A DNA stretch of 64,000 nucleotides from an uncultured Bacilli bacterium (GCA_947581765.1 CANPVU010000002.1:123-64122); one strand, 5' to 3'; numbered from the stretch's first letter, positions 9,019 to 20,470 are shown. A program made the numbers and translations. The notes: a model not told the origin generated them from the letters alone.

Positions 9019-9722
9019 TTAACCACCATTCTCTCTATGTACTTCTTTGAAACTAATTTAGTGCTTGTCCCATTATCAAACGTTACACTCATTTCTTTAT
9101 GACTTATAACCTTTATTCTATTTTTATTAACAAAACAAGCTCGATGTATTTGAATAAATTCTTCACCTAATTCTTTAATAACTGAATTAAGATTAATACG
9201 TAATTTGTATATATCATTATCACATACAATTACAGATTGTCTACCAATTGTATCCCTAGTAACATAAAGAATATTATCAATATCAATATTATAAATGTTT
9301 CTTCCAGATTTTAAAGTAATTCTTTTTTTCTTTCCAACTAAAGATATAGCAATCGATAAACTACTAGTTAAATGTCTTTCTAAATTATCAAATTTATTTA
9401 TGAAATTTAGAATCATTAAATTTTTTTTAGCAACTATCCTAGATAAATCATCATGTGCACTCAAAAAAATAATTACACTTGTATAATCATTTTTTCTTAT
9501 TATACGTGCAACATCTATACCAGACATTGTAGGCATTTCAATATCTAAAAGATATATTTTGTTTGATATATCCGAATTCAATATTTTCATAAAATCTTTA
9601 TCATAATCATTAAATATATAAATTTTATGTTCAAAATTCTTTAAACTTTTTTTTACTATTTTTTCTACTTTATTAGCATCCCTTAAATTATCATCACAAA
9701 TTATTATGTTAATCATACACAA
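9015..9722 (-). CDS. agrA: LytTR-family response regulator, AgrA-like
   Basis: Receiver domain (IIICDDN, LLDIEMP) and a C-terminal LytTR-like region (ILYVTRD, IQIHRACFVNKNRI). The start is TTG at 9722 or ATG at 9716. Confidence 0.85.
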   Translation of the reverse strand: MCMINIIICDDNLRDANKVEKIVKKSLKNFEHKIYIFNDYDKDFMKILNSDISNKIYLLDIEMPTMSGIDVARIIRKNDYTSVIIFLSAHDDLSRIVAKKNLMILNFINKFDNLERHLTSSLSIAISLVGKKKRITLKSGRNIYNIDIDNILYVTRDTIGRQSVIVCDNDIYKLRINLNSVIKELGEEFIQIHRACFVNKNRIKVISHKEMSVTFDNGTSTKLVSKKYIERMVVK

Positions 9723-9732
9723 AAAAAGAAAA

Positions 9733-10344
9733 CTAATGATAATTTTCTTTTACCGTTTGTTTTATACGAGCGACTGCAAGAGAATTATCTGGGACATCTT
9801 CTGTTATTGTAGAACCAGCAGCTATAACAGAATTTTTTCCCAATTTTAAAGGTGCTAATAAATTTGCATTACAGCCTATAAAAGCATTGTCCAAAATTAT
9901 TGTTTTCTCACGTTCTCCTACTTTTGAATCAACTTTTTTATTTACTGTAATAACACCACAACCTATGTGGACATTATCATTTACACATGCATTACCAATA
10001 TATGACAGATGAGGGATTTTATTACCATTACCTATTTCATTTTCTTTAAATTCAACGAAACTACCTAAGCGATTATCATTACCAATTATATTTCCTTCTC
10101 TTATATATGCATATGGTCCAATTTTGTTGTTATCACCAATAGTACTACTAATTATATATGAAGTATATATTTCATTGTTTTTACCTATAATAGAATCTTT
10201 TATATAACTTCCCATATATATAGTAGTGTTATCGCCTATTATTGTATTTCCCTCTATAAAGACATTAGGATATATAGTACAATTATTTCCAATTTTAACT
10301 GTATCTTCAATGTATGTATTATTCTCATCAATAAATTTTATCAT
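9733..10344 (-). CDS. Left-handed beta-helix acetyltransferase matching only the C-terminal half of GlmU
   Basis: Hexapeptide repeats throughout. The C-terminus (IGCNANLLAPLKLGKNSVIAAGSTITEDVPDNSLAVARIKQTVKENY) resembles the GlmU tail. There is no uridyltransferase domain, and the rplQ terminator lies upstream. Confidence 0.7.
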   Translation of the reverse strand: MIKFIDENNTYIEDTVKIGNNCTIYPNVFIEGNTIIGDNTTIYMGSYIKDSIIGKNNEIYTSYIISSTIGDNNKIGPYAYIREGNIIGNDNRLGSFVEFKENEIGNGNKIPHLSYIGNACVNDNVHIGCGVITVNKKVDSKVGEREKTIILDNAFIGCNANLLAPLKLGKNSVIAAGSTITEDVPDNSLAVARIKQTVKENYH

Positions 10345-10418
10345 ACAATCACATCCCTACCATAATAAATTATACCATATAATATAACAAAATTAATAAA
10401 TAAATTTAATTAAATAAC

Positions 10419-10445
10419 AAAAAAAAGATGCTCTACTTAGCATCT
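10419..10445 (-). terminator. Rho-independent terminator of the alpha operon, overlapping the rplQ stop
   Basis: Stem AGATGCT/AGCATCT with a 6-nt loop, followed by T8 on the minus strand. Confidence 0.8.
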
Positions 10446-10789
10446 CCTTCTACTAATTCTAAAATTACCATTAATGCATCATCACCACGACGTTCAGATA
10501 ATTTTAAAATTCTTGTATATCCACCATCACGTTTTTCATAACGTTTTGCTAAATCATCAAAGATTTTACTAACTGTTTTAGCATCATTATGTAAGAAAGC
10601 TAATGCCTTTCTTCTTGAAACTAAAGATCCATCTTTACCATAAGAAATTAGCTTTTCAACAAATTTACGTACTTCTTTAGCACGAGTTTCTGTTGTTTCA
10701 ATTCTTTCGTTATTAATAACATCTTTAGCTAAATTAGCTAGCATACTTCTTCTATGTTTATTAGTACGTCCTAATTTTCTATAAGCCAT
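10433..10789 (-). CDS. rplQ: 50S ribosomal protein L17
   Basis: Begins [20 protein letters not shown]. Last gene of the alpha operon. Confidence 0.97.
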   Translation of the reverse strand: MAYRKLGRTNKHRRSMLANLAKDVINNERIETTETRAKEVRKFVEKLISYGKDGSLVSRRKALAFLHNDAKTVSKIFDDLAKRYEKRDGGYTRILKLSERRGDDALMVILELVEGDAK

Positions 10790-10806
10790 AATATTCCTCC
10801 TAACTA

Positions 10807-11757
10807 CTAATCGTTTTCTCGGAATTTAAGTCCCATTTCTTTAATCTTATCAATTACTTCTTTTAAAGACTTCTTACCTAAATTACGAATTCTCATCATT
10901 TCTAATTCTGATTTAGATGTTAAATCTCCTAAAGTACTAATACCAGCTCTTTTTAAGCAGTTGTAAGCTCTTACAGAGAAATCTAAATCATCAATAGATG
11001 TTTCTAACTTTTTAAGTTTACTATCTTCTTGTTTTGCATTCATAATACCAGTAATATCTGATATTTCACTTAAATTAGTAACAATATTTAAATGCTCTAT
11101 CATTATTTTTGCAGCTAAAGCCATTGCTTCCTCAGGTCTAATTGAACCATTTGTAAATACATCCATAATTAATTTATCATAATTTGCATCATGACCTACA
11201 CGAGCATTTTCTACCTCATAACTAACTCTTTCAATTGGTGAGTAAAGTGCATCAATTGGAATGAACCCTTTTTTCTCATTTTCAACAAATGATTTATTCT
11301 CTGTTGAAGGTACATAACCTCTACCATTAGCTACAATTAATTCCATATCAAGTTTTCCACCTTTTGCTATAGTAGCAATTTCTTGATCTTTAGAAATAAT
11401 TTCTACTTCACTATTACTTTCTATATCTGCAGCTGTAACTACACCTTCTTTATCAGAGTATAATTTTAATGTTTGAACTTCTTGTGAATTATTTTTTACA
11501 ACAACATTTTTTAAATTTAATATTATTGTAGTAACATCTTCAACAATACCGTCAATTGTCTGAAATTCATGCATTACACCATCAATTCTAACAGCAACAA
11601 TAGCACTACCTGGCATACTTGATAGCATAATTCTTCTTAATGAATTTCCAAGTGTTGTACCAAAACCTCTCTCTAAAGGTTCTAATTCAAATTTTCCATA
11701 GTTTTTGTTTTCAACATACTCAGTTATTTTGTATATTGGTTTCTCAAAATTTAACAT
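10807..11757 (-). CDS. rpoA: DNA-directed RNA polymerase alpha subunit
   Basis: 316 aa with [15 protein letters not shown] and the C-terminal domain [16 protein letters not shown]. Confidence 0.97.
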   Translation of the reverse strand: MLNFEKPIYKITEYVENKNYGKFELEPLERGFGTTLGNSLRRIMLSSMPGSAIVAVRIDGVMHEFQTIDGIVEDVTTIILNLKNVVVKNNSQEVQTLKLYSDKEGVVTAADIESNSEVEIISKDQEIATIAKGGKLDMELIVANGRGYVPSTENKSFVENEKKGFIPIDALYSPIERVSYEVENARVGHDANYDKLIMDVFTNGSIRPEEAMALAAKIMIEHLNIVTNLSEISDITGIMNAKQEDSKLKKLETSIDDLDFSVRAYNCLKRAGISTLGDLTSKSELEMMRIRNLGKKSLKEVIDKIKEMGLKFREND

Positions 11758-11777
11758 TTCCTCACTCCTTTTCTAAA

Positions 11778-12161
11778 TTATCCACGAGGACGTTTTGGTG
11801 GACGACATCCATTATGTGGGATTGGTGTAACATCAGTTATAGATGTAATCTCTAAACCTGCTGTTTGAAGTGAACGAATAGCTGTTTCTCTTCCTGATCC
11901 TAAACCTTTAACATATACTTCAACTTTTCTCATTCCCATATCATATGCTGCTTTTCCTGCTGCTTCTGCAGACATTCCTGCTGCATATGGAGTAGATTTC
12001 TTTGAACCTTTAAATCCTAATGTTCCAGCTGAAGCCCAACTAATTGCATTACCATCATTATCAGTAACTGTTACAATTGTATTGTTGAATGTTGAATGGA
12101 TATAAGCTTTACCTTCTGGTATATTCTTTTTAATTTTTCTTTTTCTTGCTTTATACGCCAT
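11778..12161 (-). CDS. rpsK: 30S ribosomal protein S11
   Basis: C-terminus [18 protein letters not shown]. Confidence 0.97.
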   Translation of the reverse strand: MAYKARKRKIKKNIPEGKAYIHSTFNNTIVTVTDNDGNAISWASAGTLGFKGSKKSTPYAAGMSAEAAGKAAYDMGMRKVEVYVKGLGSGRETAIRSLQTAGLEITSITDVTPIPHNGCRPPKRPRG

Positions 12162-12186
12162 TTTATTGACCTCCTTTTAGTAACGA

Positions 12187-12552
12187 CTATTTCTTCTTAT
12201 TAGCAACTACTTTTCCTCTACCTTTACGAGTACGAGCATTTCTATTAGTTCTTTGTCCTCTTACAGGTAGACCTTTTTTATGGCGAGTTCCTTGATAAGA
12301 ATTAATTTCCATTTTTGTTTTGATATTCATACTAACTTCACGACGTAAGTCACCTTCTGTAATATATTTATTAACTTCGTCACGAATAGCATTCAATTCA
12401 TCATTTGTTAAATCTCCTGCTTTTTTATTTATATCAACTTTAGCATCTGCTAATATTTTATTTGATAAGCTTCTACCTATACCATAAATATAAGTTAAAG
12501 CTATTTCAATTCTCTTATTATTTGGTATATCTACACCTTTAATACGAGCCAT
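12187..12552 (-). CDS. rpsM: 30S ribosomal protein S13
   Basis: Begins [26 protein letters not shown]. Confidence 0.97.
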   Translation of the reverse strand: MARIKGVDIPNNKRIEIALTYIYGIGRSLSNKILADAKVDINKKAGDLTNDELNAIRDEVNKYITEGDLRREVSMNIKTKMEINSYQGTRHKKGLPVRGQRTNRNARTRKGRGKVVANKKK

Positions 12553-12567
12553 AAAACACCTCCTATA

Positions 12568-12681
12568 TTAACCTTGTCTTTGTTTATGTTTAGGGTTTTT
12601 ACAAGTAATAACTACTCTCCCTTTTCTTTTTGTGACTTTACAATCGCCACACATTGGTTTTACTGATGGTCTAACTTTCAT
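12568..12681 (-). CDS. rpmJ: 50S ribosomal protein L36; not in the ORF track
   Basis: Hand translation gives [37 protein letters not shown]. It sits in the canonical slot between infA and rpsM. Confidence 0.95.
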   Translation of the reverse strand: MKVRPSVKPMCGDCKVTKRKGRVVITCKNPKHKQRQG

Positions 12682-12692
12682 TAAAATCCCTC

Positions 12693-12908
12693 CTACTTTC
12701 TATAGGTTATACGACCAAGTGTTAAGTCATATGTTGATAACTCAACCATTACTGTATCACCAGCTAAAATTCGAATCATGTTCATTCGCATTTTACCTGA
12801 AACTTGAGCCGTAATTACATGCTTATTTGCCAATTCGACCTTAAATTTATAGCCTGGTAATACTTCTAGTACTTTACCTTCCATTTCGATAACATTGTTC
12901 TTCGCCAT
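12693..12908 (-). CDS. infA: Translation initiation factor IF-1
   Basis: 71 aa with an S1-like fold sequence: [32 protein letters not shown]. Confidence 0.96.
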   Translation of the reverse strand: MAKNNVIEMEGKVLEVLPGYKFKVELANKHVITAQVSGKMRMNMIRILAGDTVMVELSTYDLTLGRITYRK

Positions 12909-13084
12909 ATCATCACCTCTTCATAAATTAATATTTATCATAATACTGTAGTTGCATGTATTTACAAATGATATTTAGCAAGCAATTTATTATATCATTT
13001 TAATACTAATAGTATAATCTCGAGCTAGAGTATATACTGTCTAAAATTGTAATACCTAGCTCTTATTATTATGCTACAAAATAT

Positions 13085-13744
13085 TTACTGATTATTATCA
13101 ATAATATCTGTTATTTCTTTAAATATTTCATCTTTAGATTTATTACCATCAACAACATATAATTTATGTATTGTTTGATAATAATCCAATAATGGTACTG
13201 TATCCTTCATGTATGTCTGATACCTTATACCATAAGTTGTAATATCATCATCATTTCGATGAATTAAAGTAGTACCACAATTATCACAAATATTTTCTTT
13301 TATTGGCATTGAGCCTTCAATTGAAGAGTTGTATACTGCCCCACATTTTGGGCAAGATAAACGACCACTTATCCTCTCTTGGGCTACTTCACGAGCTAAG
13401 TCAATGAAAATAACAATACCAAGCTCCATATTAATATTGGATAATATTTCTTCGTATTTTTTTGCCTGTGTAAGATTACGAGGAAATCCATCTAATATAT
13501 AACCATTTTCACAATCAAATTGTTCTAATCGTTCTTTTAATAGTTCTAAAACTAAATCATCAGATACTAATTTACCTTCACTTAGTAATTTTGAAATAGT
13601 AATAGAAAGTTCATCATCACCATTTGATGCAGCTCTAAGCAAATCTCCAGTAGAAATATGTGGAATACCATATTTTTCTGTTACCAATTTTGCTTGAGTT
13701 CCTTTTCCTGCAGCGGGAGGTGCGATAAATATTATACTTTTCAT
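13085..13744 (-). CDS. adk: Adenylate kinase with a Zn-lid
   Basis: P-loop APPAAGKGTQ and a lid with CPKCG...CDNCG. Confidence 0.96.
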   Translation of the reverse strand: MKSIIFIAPPAAGKGTQAKLVTEKYGIPHISTGDLLRAASNGDDELSITISKLLSEGKLVSDDLVLELLKERLEQFDCENGYILDGFPRNLTQAKKYEEILSNINMELGIVIFIDLAREVAQERISGRLSCPKCGAVYNSSIEGSMPIKENICDNCGTTLIHRNDDDITTYGIRYQTYMKDTVPLLDYYQTIHKLYVVDGNKSKDEIFKEITDIIDNNQ

Positions 13745-15027
13745 TATCTTCTTCTTCCTTTTCTTCCTTTAGTGTAAGTTCTACTAACCAATTGACTTTC
13801 AAGTTGCTTATATGTCTCTAAAGCAACACCGACAACGATTAATAAACCTGTACCACTAATAGAAATACTTGTATTCAACGTAGAAAATTTACTAAATAAT
13901 ATTGGTATTCCTGCTAACACAGCTAAGAATACAGCACCTACAATAGTGATTCTTTTTAAAATTATTTTTACATATTTTTCAGTGTCTTTACCAGGTCTAA
14001 TACCAGGTATATATCCACCATTTTTATTTAAATTATCTGCTAGTTCAGATGGTTTTAATTGCATAAAAGTATATAAATATGCAAAACCAATTATAAGTAA
14101 TACATATATTATGAATCCTATATTTGATGTATAAACAAGATATTTAGATACAAATATCGATACATTAGCCTTATTTATAAACTGAGCAACAATTTGAGGA
14201 ATTGACATTAATGCAGATGCAAATATTACTGGCATAACACCTGCTCCATTTAATTTAAATGGTATGTAACTTTGTTTTCCTAATACTGAAGTAGACTTAT
14301 TAGCATATTGGATAGGTATACGTCTTTCAGCACATTCCTCAAAAACAACACCAATTATAATAGCTAAGAAAACTAATACAAACAATACAAATGTTAATAT
14401 TCCCATAAAATTACTACCATTACCTATTAATTCTTTCCATAAATTAGCAAACATTCCTGGAAGTGTAGTAATGATACCAGCCATAATAATCATTGATGTA
14501 CCATTTCCAATACCTTTTTTAGTAATTTGATCACCAATCCACATAACAAGTGCAGTTCCAGCAGTTAATACTAAAGAGTATAACATATAATCTACTGCTG
14601 TTCCATTTTTAATATATGTAAATGAATACATATATCCTTGTATAAATGCCAAAAATATTCCAACTACACGAGTTATCTGATTTAATTTATTTCGTCCAAC
14701 TCCACCTTGTTTTGTTAATTCAGCTAAATAAGGAATAATATCCATACTTAATAACTGGATAATAATCGATGCCGTAATATATGGCATGACTCCTAATGCA
14801 AATATTGATGCATTTTCAAAAGCTCCCCCACTCATAGCATTTACAATTTCAAAAAACTTTAAATTTGACGTATTCAAATCAACACCTGGTACTGTTATAG
14901 TAGTACCAATTTTGAATACGAATAGGGCAGCAAAAGTAAATAATATCCTTTTTCTAATATCTTTATTCTTCGGATTAAATAGTTGCTTAATAGTTGCAAA
15001 CATATTAAACCTCCTCTGCTTTTCCAC
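13744..15027 (-). CDS. secY: Preprotein translocase subunit SecY
   Basis: 10-TM protein in the canonical slot. An alternative ATG at 15003 (MFATIKQLF) is likely the true start. Confidence 0.96.
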   Translation of the reverse strand: MEKQRRFNMFATIKQLFNPKNKDIRKRILFTFAALFVFKIGTTITVPGVDLNTSNLKFFEIVNAMSGGAFENASIFALGVMPYITASIIIQLLSMDIIPYLAELTKQGGVGRNKLNQITRVVGIFLAFIQGYMYSFTYIKNGTAVDYMLYSLVLTAGTALVMWIGDQITKKGIGNGTSMIIMAGIITTLPGMFANLWKELIGNGSNFMGILTFVLFVLVFLAIIIGVVFEECAERRIPIQYANKSTSVLGKQSYIPFKLNGAGVMPVIFASALMSIPQIVAQFINKANVSIFVSKYLVYTSNIGFIIYVLLIIGFAYLYTFMQLKPSELADNLNKNGGYIPGIRPGKDTEKYVKIILKRITIVGAVFLAVLAGIPILFSKFSTLNTSISISGTGLLIVVGVALETYKQLESQLVSRTYTKGRKGRRR

Positions 15028-15448
15028 CCATTTTTTCTATTTTTTCAACTGCAGTAGCTGAAAATTTACTTGCCTTAACTGTTAATTTTTTAGTTAATTC
15101 TCCATTACCTAAAACTTTAATACCAGCTAATTGTTTTTTTACAATTCCCATTTCTTTTAATAATTCTGGAGTTACAACAGCTCCATCTTCAAAATTATCT
15201 AAATCACTTACATTAATAGTAGCATATTCAACTTTAAATTTAGCGTTAGAGAAACCTCTTTTTGGTAATCTTTGGAATAATGGTAATTGACCACCTTCGA
15301 AACCAGGTCTTACTCCTCCACCGCTTCTAGCATTTTGTCCCTTATGTCCTTTTCCTGCTGTTTTACCATTACCAGATGAAGTACCACGTCCAACTCTTTT
15401 AGGAGCACGTACAGCACCTTCTGGTTGTTCAATATTATGTAATTTCAT
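15005..15448 (-). CDS. rplO: 50S ribosomal protein L15
   Basis: Contains [19 protein letters not shown]. Confidence 0.97.
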   Translation of the reverse strand: MKLHNIEQPEGAVRAPKRVGRGTSSGNGKTAGKGHKGQNARSGGGVRPGFEGGQLPLFQRLPKRGFSNAKFKVEYATINVSDLDNFEDGAVVTPELLKEMGIVKKQLAGIKVLGNGELTKKLTVKASKFSATAVEKIEKMGGKAEEV

Positions 15449-15449
15449 A

Positions 15450-16067
15450 CTATATCAAATCCTCAACTTTCTTACCACGTAATTTAGCTACTTGTTCAGC
15501 TGTTTTTTGTGATTTTAATGCGTTAAGGGTTGCATATGCCATATTTATTTTTGTATTTGATCCTAATGATTTAGATAATATATCTTTAACTCCTGCCATT
15601 TCAAGTACTGAACGAACTGGTCCACCAGCTTTAACTCCTGTACCTTTAGCTGCAGGTTTTAACATAACTTTACTAGCTCCACATACTCCTAATGCTTCAT
15701 GTGGAATAGTTCTCTCATCTACTACAGAAACCTTAACAACATTTTTTGTAGCAGCTTGAGATGCCTTTTTAATTGCATCTGGCACTTCATTAGCTTTTCC
15801 TGTACCAAGACCAACTTTTCCTTTTCTATCTCCAACTACAACAACAGCTGAGAAACGGAAATGACGTCCACCTTTAGTTACCTTTGTAACACGACCGATA
15901 GAAATTACTTCTTCTTCATAAAGTTTCTGTTGTCTTTGTCTTGGTTGGCGTTTTTCTTTTGATTGACGTTTTGATCTATCAAGTTTCTTTGCTCCAGTAG
16001 CTCCTGTTTCAGTACCTTCTGATTCAGAAGTTTCAACAGTTTCAACCTTTTCGATTTCTTGTTCCAT
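15450..16067 (-). CDS. rpsE: 30S ribosomal protein S5 with an N-terminal extension of about 40 aa
   Basis: Core sequence [22 protein letters not shown]. An acidic/basic low-complexity extension precedes the core. It abuts rplO directly, so there is no rpmD. Confidence 0.95.
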   Translation of the reverse strand: MEQEIEKVETVETSESEGTETGATGAKKLDRSKRQSKEKRQPRQRQQKLYEEEVISIGRVTKVTKGGRHFRFSAVVVVGDRKGKVGLGTGKANEVPDAIKKASQAATKNVVKVSVVDERTIPHEALGVCGASKVMLKPAAKGTGVKAGGPVRSVLEMAGVKDILSKSLGSNTKINMAYATLNALKSQKTAEQVAKLRGKKVEDLI

Positions 16068-16080
16068 CGTTATCCTCCTT

Positions 16081-16443
16081 TTAGAATTTTAGTCCGTTTT
16101 CGCGTGCTGCTTCAGCTAATGCTTGTACACGACCATGATATTGGTATCCACCTCTATCAAAAACTACTTTTGTTATTTTAGCATCTTTTGCTCTCTTTGC
16201 TAATAATTCTCCTACTTTTGTTGCTGCTTCAGTGTTACCACCATTTGTAAGTTTCAACTCTTTATCTATAGAAGAAGCACTAACTAATGTAACTTTTGAT
16301 TCATCATCAATAATTTGAGCAAAAATGTTACTATTTGATCTAAATACATTTAATCTTGGTACATCCTTAGTACCTATTACTTTAGTTCTTACACGTGCAT
16401 GTCTAGCTTGACGTGCTTCATTACGAACTACTTTTTTAATCAT
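16081..16443 (-). CDS. rplR: 50S ribosomal protein L18
   Basis: Contains [26 protein letters not shown]. Confidence 0.97.
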   Translation of the reverse strand: MIKKVVRNEARQARHARVRTKVIGTKDVPRLNVFRSNSNIFAQIIDDESKVTLVSASSIDKELKLTNGGNTEAATKVGELLAKRAKDAKITKVVFDRGGYQYHGRVQALAEAARENGLKF

Positions 16444-16465
16444 AGTTACTCTCCTTTACTCTATA

Positions 16466-16996
16466 TTAAGCAGCTTTCTTTCCTTCTTTACGACGAATAT
16501 ACTCGTCACTATAACGAATACCTTTTCCTTTATATGGTTCTGGTCTTCTTATATCTCTAATTTCAGCTGCAAAATCTCCAACTTTTTTCTTATCTATTCC
16601 TCTAACAAATAATTCTGTTGTACTTGGAGCTTCAACTGTAATACCTTCTGGTATTTTTACATTTACTGGATGAGAATATCCAGCAGTTACTACTAATTCT
16701 TGACCTTTAACTTGAAAACGATATCCAACTCCAACAGATTCAAGTTTCTTCTCAAATCCTTTAGTTACTCCGTCTATCAAATTTTTAATATTAGCATTAG
16801 CAGTACCATAATCTTTTTTATATAAATCATTTTCTCTTGTTAATTTAATTTCTGTATCGCTTAATTCAACAGTAATATGTTTATTAACTTCAGTAGAAAG
16901 TTCTCCTTTAGGACCTTTTACTGTAACTTTATTACCATCAACTGATACAGTTACACCTGTTGGTATACTTAATATTCTATTTCCAACACGACTCAT
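16466..16996 (-). CDS. rplF: 50S ribosomal protein L6
   Basis: Begins MSRVGNRILSIPTGVTV; also contains EPYKGKGIRY. Confidence 0.97.
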   Translation of the reverse strand: MSRVGNRILSIPTGVTVSVDGNKVTVKGPKGELSTEVNKHITVELSDTEIKLTRENDLYKKDYGTANANIKNLIDGVTKGFEKKLESVGVGYRFQVKGQELVVTAGYSHPVNVKIPEGITVEAPSTTELFVRGIDKKKVGDFAAEIRDIRRPEPYKGKGIRYSDEYIRRKEGKKAA

Positions 16997-17009
16997 AAAA
17001 TCATCCTTT

Positions 17010-17405
17010 CTACCAAATATAAGCTAATACCTCTCCACCTAGTGATTGTTCTCTAGCATCTTTATCTTTCATAAGACCTTTTGAGGTAGATATAATAGCA
17101 ATACCTAACCCATTCAATACACGTGGAACATCTTCAGCTTTTACATAAACACGTAATCCTGGTTTTGAAATTCTTTTAAGTCCAGTAATTACACGTTCTC
17201 TATTTTCTCCATATTTTAATGATAATACTAGAATATTTTGTACTTTATCTTCAACGATTTTATAATCTAATATAAAACCTTCTTCTTTTAAAATTCTAGC
17301 TATTTCAATCTTTATCTTTGATGCAGGCATTTCTACTTCTTTATAACGCATTTGATTTGCATTACGAATTCTTGTAAGCATGTCTGCTATTGGATCTGTT
17401 ACCAT
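17010..17405 (-). CDS. rpsH: 30S ribosomal protein S8
   Basis: Begins [22 protein letters not shown] lies 6 nt upstream of the ATG at 17405. Confidence 0.96.
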   Translation of the reverse strand: MVTDPIADMLTRIRNANQMRYKEVEMPASKIKIEIARILKEEGFILDYKIVEDKVQNILVLSLKYGENRERVITGLKRISKPGLRVYVKAEDVPRVLNGLGIAIISTSKGLMKDKDAREQSLGGEVLAYIW

Positions 17406-17419
17406 ATACTTCCCTCCTT

Positions 17420-17605
17420 TTACCAACTAGATTTTTTCATTCCTGGGATTTGTCCTTTGTATGCTAGTTCTCTGAAACAAATTCTACAAATTCCGTATTT
17501 TTTTAATACTGCATGTGGTCTACCACAACGACTGCAGCGAGTATATCTACGTACTTCAAATTTAGGTTCACGACTAGCTTTTATTTTCATACTTTTCTTA
17601 GCCAT
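17420..17605 (-). CDS. rpsN: 30S ribosomal protein S14, zinc-binding type Z
   Basis: 61 aa with [20 protein letters not shown]. Confidence 0.96.
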   Translation of the reverse strand: MAKKSMKIKASREPKFEVRRYTRCSRCGRPHAVLKKYGICRICFRELAYKGQIPGMKKSSW

Positions 17606-17624
17606 AATTTCCTCCTAATTTTTA

Positions 17625-18164
17625 TTATTTTTTAAATGGCATACCGAAACCTTTTAATAGGTCATAGGCTTCTTCATTTGTCTTTGCTGTAGTTACAAAT
17701 ACTATATCCATACCTCTAACCTTAACTACATTATCGTATTCAATTTCTGAAAATATTAATTGTTCAGTAAGACCTAATGTATAATTTCCTCTACCATCAA
17801 ATGCTTTATTAGATATACCTCTAAAGTCTCTAACACGTGGTAATGTAATACTAATTAATTTATCCAAGAAGTTATACATATTATTACCACGTAAAGTAAC
17901 CTTACATCCAATTGCTTGTCCTTCTCTTAATTTGAAACCAGCAATTGATTTTTTTGCTTTAGTTGCTACTGGTTTTTGACCTGTAATAATTGCCAAATCA
18001 TTCATAGCTGCTTCTAATAATTTTGAATTACTAGTTGCATCACCACAACCAATATTTACAACAATTTTTTCAAGCTTTGGTACTTCCATAACATTTTTAT
18101 AATTATATTTTTCTTTTAAACTTGGTACGATTTCTGTATCATATTTTTTCTTTAGGCGGTTCAT
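17625..18164 (-). CDS. rplE: 50S ribosomal protein L5
   Basis: Begins MNRLKKKY; also contains [17 protein letters not shown]. Confidence 0.97.
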   Translation of the reverse strand: MNRLKKKYDTEIVPSLKEKYNYKNVMEVPKLEKIVVNIGCGDATSNSKLLEAAMNDLAIITGQKPVATKAKKSIAGFKLREGQAIGCKVTLRGNNMYNFLDKLISITLPRVRDFRGISNKAFDGRGNYTLGLTEQLIFSEIEYDNVVKVRGMDIVFVTTAKTNEEAYDLLKGFGMPFKK

Positions 18165-18184
18165 ATAATATACCCTCCTTCCAA

Positions 18185-18493
18185 TTAATTAAGGCTCTCA
18201 TTAGATTTTTTACTTACTCTAATCTTATTGCCTTTTTTATCTATAGAATGTCCTATTCTAGTACGTTTTCCAGTTTTAGGATCAATCATCATAACATTAG
18301 ATGCATGAATTGGAGCTTCTACTTCAACTATGCTTCCAGAGTTTTGACCATTTGGTTTAACATGCTTTTTAACAATGTTAACACCTTCAACTACTACTTT
18401 ATTTTCTTTTCTTAAAACAGTAGTGATTTTTCCTTCTTTACCTTTATTTTTACCAGAAATGACAACTACTTTATCTCCAGTTTTAAAGTTCAT
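18185..18493 (-). CDS. rplX: 50S ribosomal protein L24
   Basis: KOW motif [19 protein letters not shown] at 18493 was chosen because GGAGGA lies 6 nt upstream. Confidence 0.95.
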   Translation of the reverse strand: MNFKTGDKVVVISGKNKGKEGKITTVLRKENKVVVEGVNIVKKHVKPNGQNSGSIVEVEAPIHASNVMMIDPKTGKRTRIGHSIDKKGNKIRVSKKSNESLN

Positions 18494-18511
18494 TTTCATT
18501 CCTCCAAAATT

Positions 18512-18880
18512 CTATAACACTTCTTTAGCAAGTGATACAATTTTCATAAAATCTTTATCACGTAATTCACGTGCTACTGGCCCAAATATACGAGTTCCTA
18601 CAGGACTCTTATCATCTTTAATAATAACTGCTGCATTATCATCAAATTTAATATAAGATCCATCTTCTCTTCTTAGACCAAACTTAGTTCTAACGATTAC
18701 AGCTTTAACAACTTTACCTTTTTCAACTGAACCATTAGGTGTTGCACTTTTAACACTAGCAACCACTATATCACCAATATTACCAGTTTTTACTTTGCTT
18801 CCACCAAGAACATTAATTACTAATAATTCTTTTGCTCCTGAGTTGTCAGCAACTTTTAAACGGCTTTCATGTTGAATCAT
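18512..18880 (-). CDS. rplN: 50S ribosomal protein L14
   Basis: Begins [18 protein letters not shown]. Confidence 0.97.
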   Translation of the reverse strand: MIQHESRLKVADNSGAKELLVINVLGGSKVKTGNIGDIVVASVKSATPNGSVEKGKVVKAVIVRTKFGLRREDGSYIKFDDNAAVIIKDDKSPVGTRIFGPVARELRDKDFMKIVSLAKEVL

Positions 18881-18909
18881 ATATTAATCCTCCTTCGTCA
18901 TTCTACAAG

Positions 18910-19170
18910 TTATAAAATAACTGCTTCTTCTACTACTTCTACTAAACGGAAATGTTTAGTTTTAGATAATGGTCTCGTTTGTACAATACGTACTATATCA
19001 CCTTTTTTAGCAATATTTTTCTCATCATGTGCAGTATATTTTTTAGAATATTTAACTCTTTTTCCATATAAGTTAGCATTCTTGTAAGTTTCAACTAAAA
19101 CTGTAATTGTTTTATCATTTGCATCACTTACTACTTTACCAACTAATTCACGTACTCTTTTTTCTGCCAT
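18910..19170 (-). CDS. rpsQ: 30S ribosomal protein S17
   Basis: Contains [19 protein letters not shown] and YTAHDEKN. Confidence 0.96.
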   Translation of the reverse strand: MAEKRVRELVGKVVSDANDKTITVLVETYKNANLYGKRVKYSKKYTAHDEKNIAKKGDIVRIVQTRPLSKTKHFRLVEVVEEAVIL

Positions 19171-19182
19171 AAAATCCTCCTA

Positions 19183-19380
19183 TTATTTCTCAGCTAGTTC
19201 TCTTTCACGTAGAATAGTTTTCATACGTGCAACTTGCTTTCTTAATTCATTAATTCTTGAAGGTTTCTCTAGATTACCTGTAGCTTGTGAAAATTTTAAG
19301 TTAAATAATTCTTGTTTACATTCATCAATTTTTGCGATTATTTCTTCGTCTGTTAACTTTCTAATTTCTTGATTAGTCAT
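19183..19380 (-). CDS. rpmC: 50S ribosomal protein L29
   Basis: Begins [14 protein letters not shown]; also contains [14 protein letters not shown]. The start at 19380 follows the rplP stop. Confidence 0.94.
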   Translation of the reverse strand: MTNQEIRKLTDEEIIAKIDECKQELFNLKFSQATGNLEKPSRINELRKQVARMKTILRERELAEK

Positions 19381-19801
19381 TAGATTCACCGCTTTCTTTC
19401 TTTACAAATTTACATTTGACTGGAAGTTTATGCATAGCAAGTCTTAGTGCTTCACGAGCAACCTCTTCACTAACTTCTGAAACTTCAAACATAATTTTGC
19501 CTTCTTTTACTACTGCAACCCATGCATCATGAGAACCTTTACCTTTTCCTTGACGAGTTTCTAGTGGTTTTTTAGTTAAAGATAAATGTGGGAAAATATT
19601 AATAAATACTTTTCCTCCACGTTTCATATAACGTGTCATAGCAACTCTGGCTGCTTCAATTTGACGTTCAGTTATCCAAGCACCCTCCATTGCCATTAAA
19701 CCGTATTCACCAAAATGTAATTCTGTATTACCTCTTGCTTTTCCTTCATAAGGAAGACGGTGTGGATTACGGAATTTAGTTCTTTTTGGAATTACTGCCA
19801 T
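19373..19801 (-). CDS. rplP: 50S ribosomal protein L16
   Basis: Contains [19 protein letters not shown]. Confidence 0.97.
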   Translation of the reverse strand: MAVIPKRTKFRNPHRLPYEGKARGNTELHFGEYGLMAMEGAWITERQIEAARVAMTRYMKRGGKVFINIFPHLSLTKKPLETRQGKGKGSHDAWVAVVKEGKIMFEVSEVSEEVAREALRLAMHKLPVKCKFVKKESGESND

Positions 19802-20453
19802 CTACATTACCTCCCTTATTCTTAGAGGCAAGTATTTCACCTTTACAAATCCATACTTTAACACCAATTTTACCATAAGCAGTATTAGCTTCCTTATGAG
19901 CATAATCAATGTCAGCTCTTAAAGTATGTAGTGGAATAACTCCCTCAATATAACCTTCAGTACGAGCCATATCAGCTCCACCTAAACGTCCTGAAACTGC
20001 AGTTTTGATACCTTTAGCTCCAGCCTTCATTGTATTTCTAACAGCTCTTTTTTGAGCAATTCTGAAAGATACACGTCCTTCAATTTGTTTAGCAATATTT
20101 TCTGCTACTAATGCAGCATCTAAATCAGGATTCTTAATTTCTTTAATAGAAACTTCTACATTTTCATTAACTAATTTAGATAATTCTGCTTTTAATTTTA
20201 CTATTTCATCTCCACCGTGACCAATTACAACGCCTGGTTTAGCAGTATTAATTGTTACTTCAGTTTTCTTTTCGTTTCTTTCAATTAAAACGCTAGAAAC
20301 TGATGCATCTTTTAGTTTTTTTGCTAAAAACTTACGAATCATATCGTCATTTTTTAAATATTTTGCAAAGTTTTGTTTATCAGCATACCAATTAGATTCC
20401 CAAGTTTTATTTACACCAATTCTAAGTCCTATTGGACTAACCTTTTGACCCAC
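19776..20453 (-). CDS. rpsC: 30S ribosomal protein S3
   Basis: Begins [20 protein letters not shown]. Confidence 0.97.
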   Translation of the reverse strand: MGQKVSPIGLRIGVNKTWESNWYADKQNFAKYLKNDDMIRKFLAKKLKDASVSSVLIERNEKKTEVTINTAKPGVVIGHGGDEIVKLKAELSKLVNENVEVSIKEIKNPDLDAALVAENIAKQIEGRVSFRIAQKRAVRNTMKAGAKGIKTAVSGRLGGADMARTEGYIEGVIPLHTLRADIDYAHKEANTAYGKIGVKVWICKGEILASKNKGGNVDGSNSKKN

Positions 20454-20470
20454 AAGTGTTCCTCCTTTAC

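Noticed and set aside
13022-13062. Hairpin (GAGCTAG ... CTAGCTC with a 27-nt loop) in the adk-infA spacer, considered as a terminator or regulatory RNA.
   Set aside because: There is no downstream U-tract, the loop is very large, and only 7 bp pair. That is insufficient to call anything.
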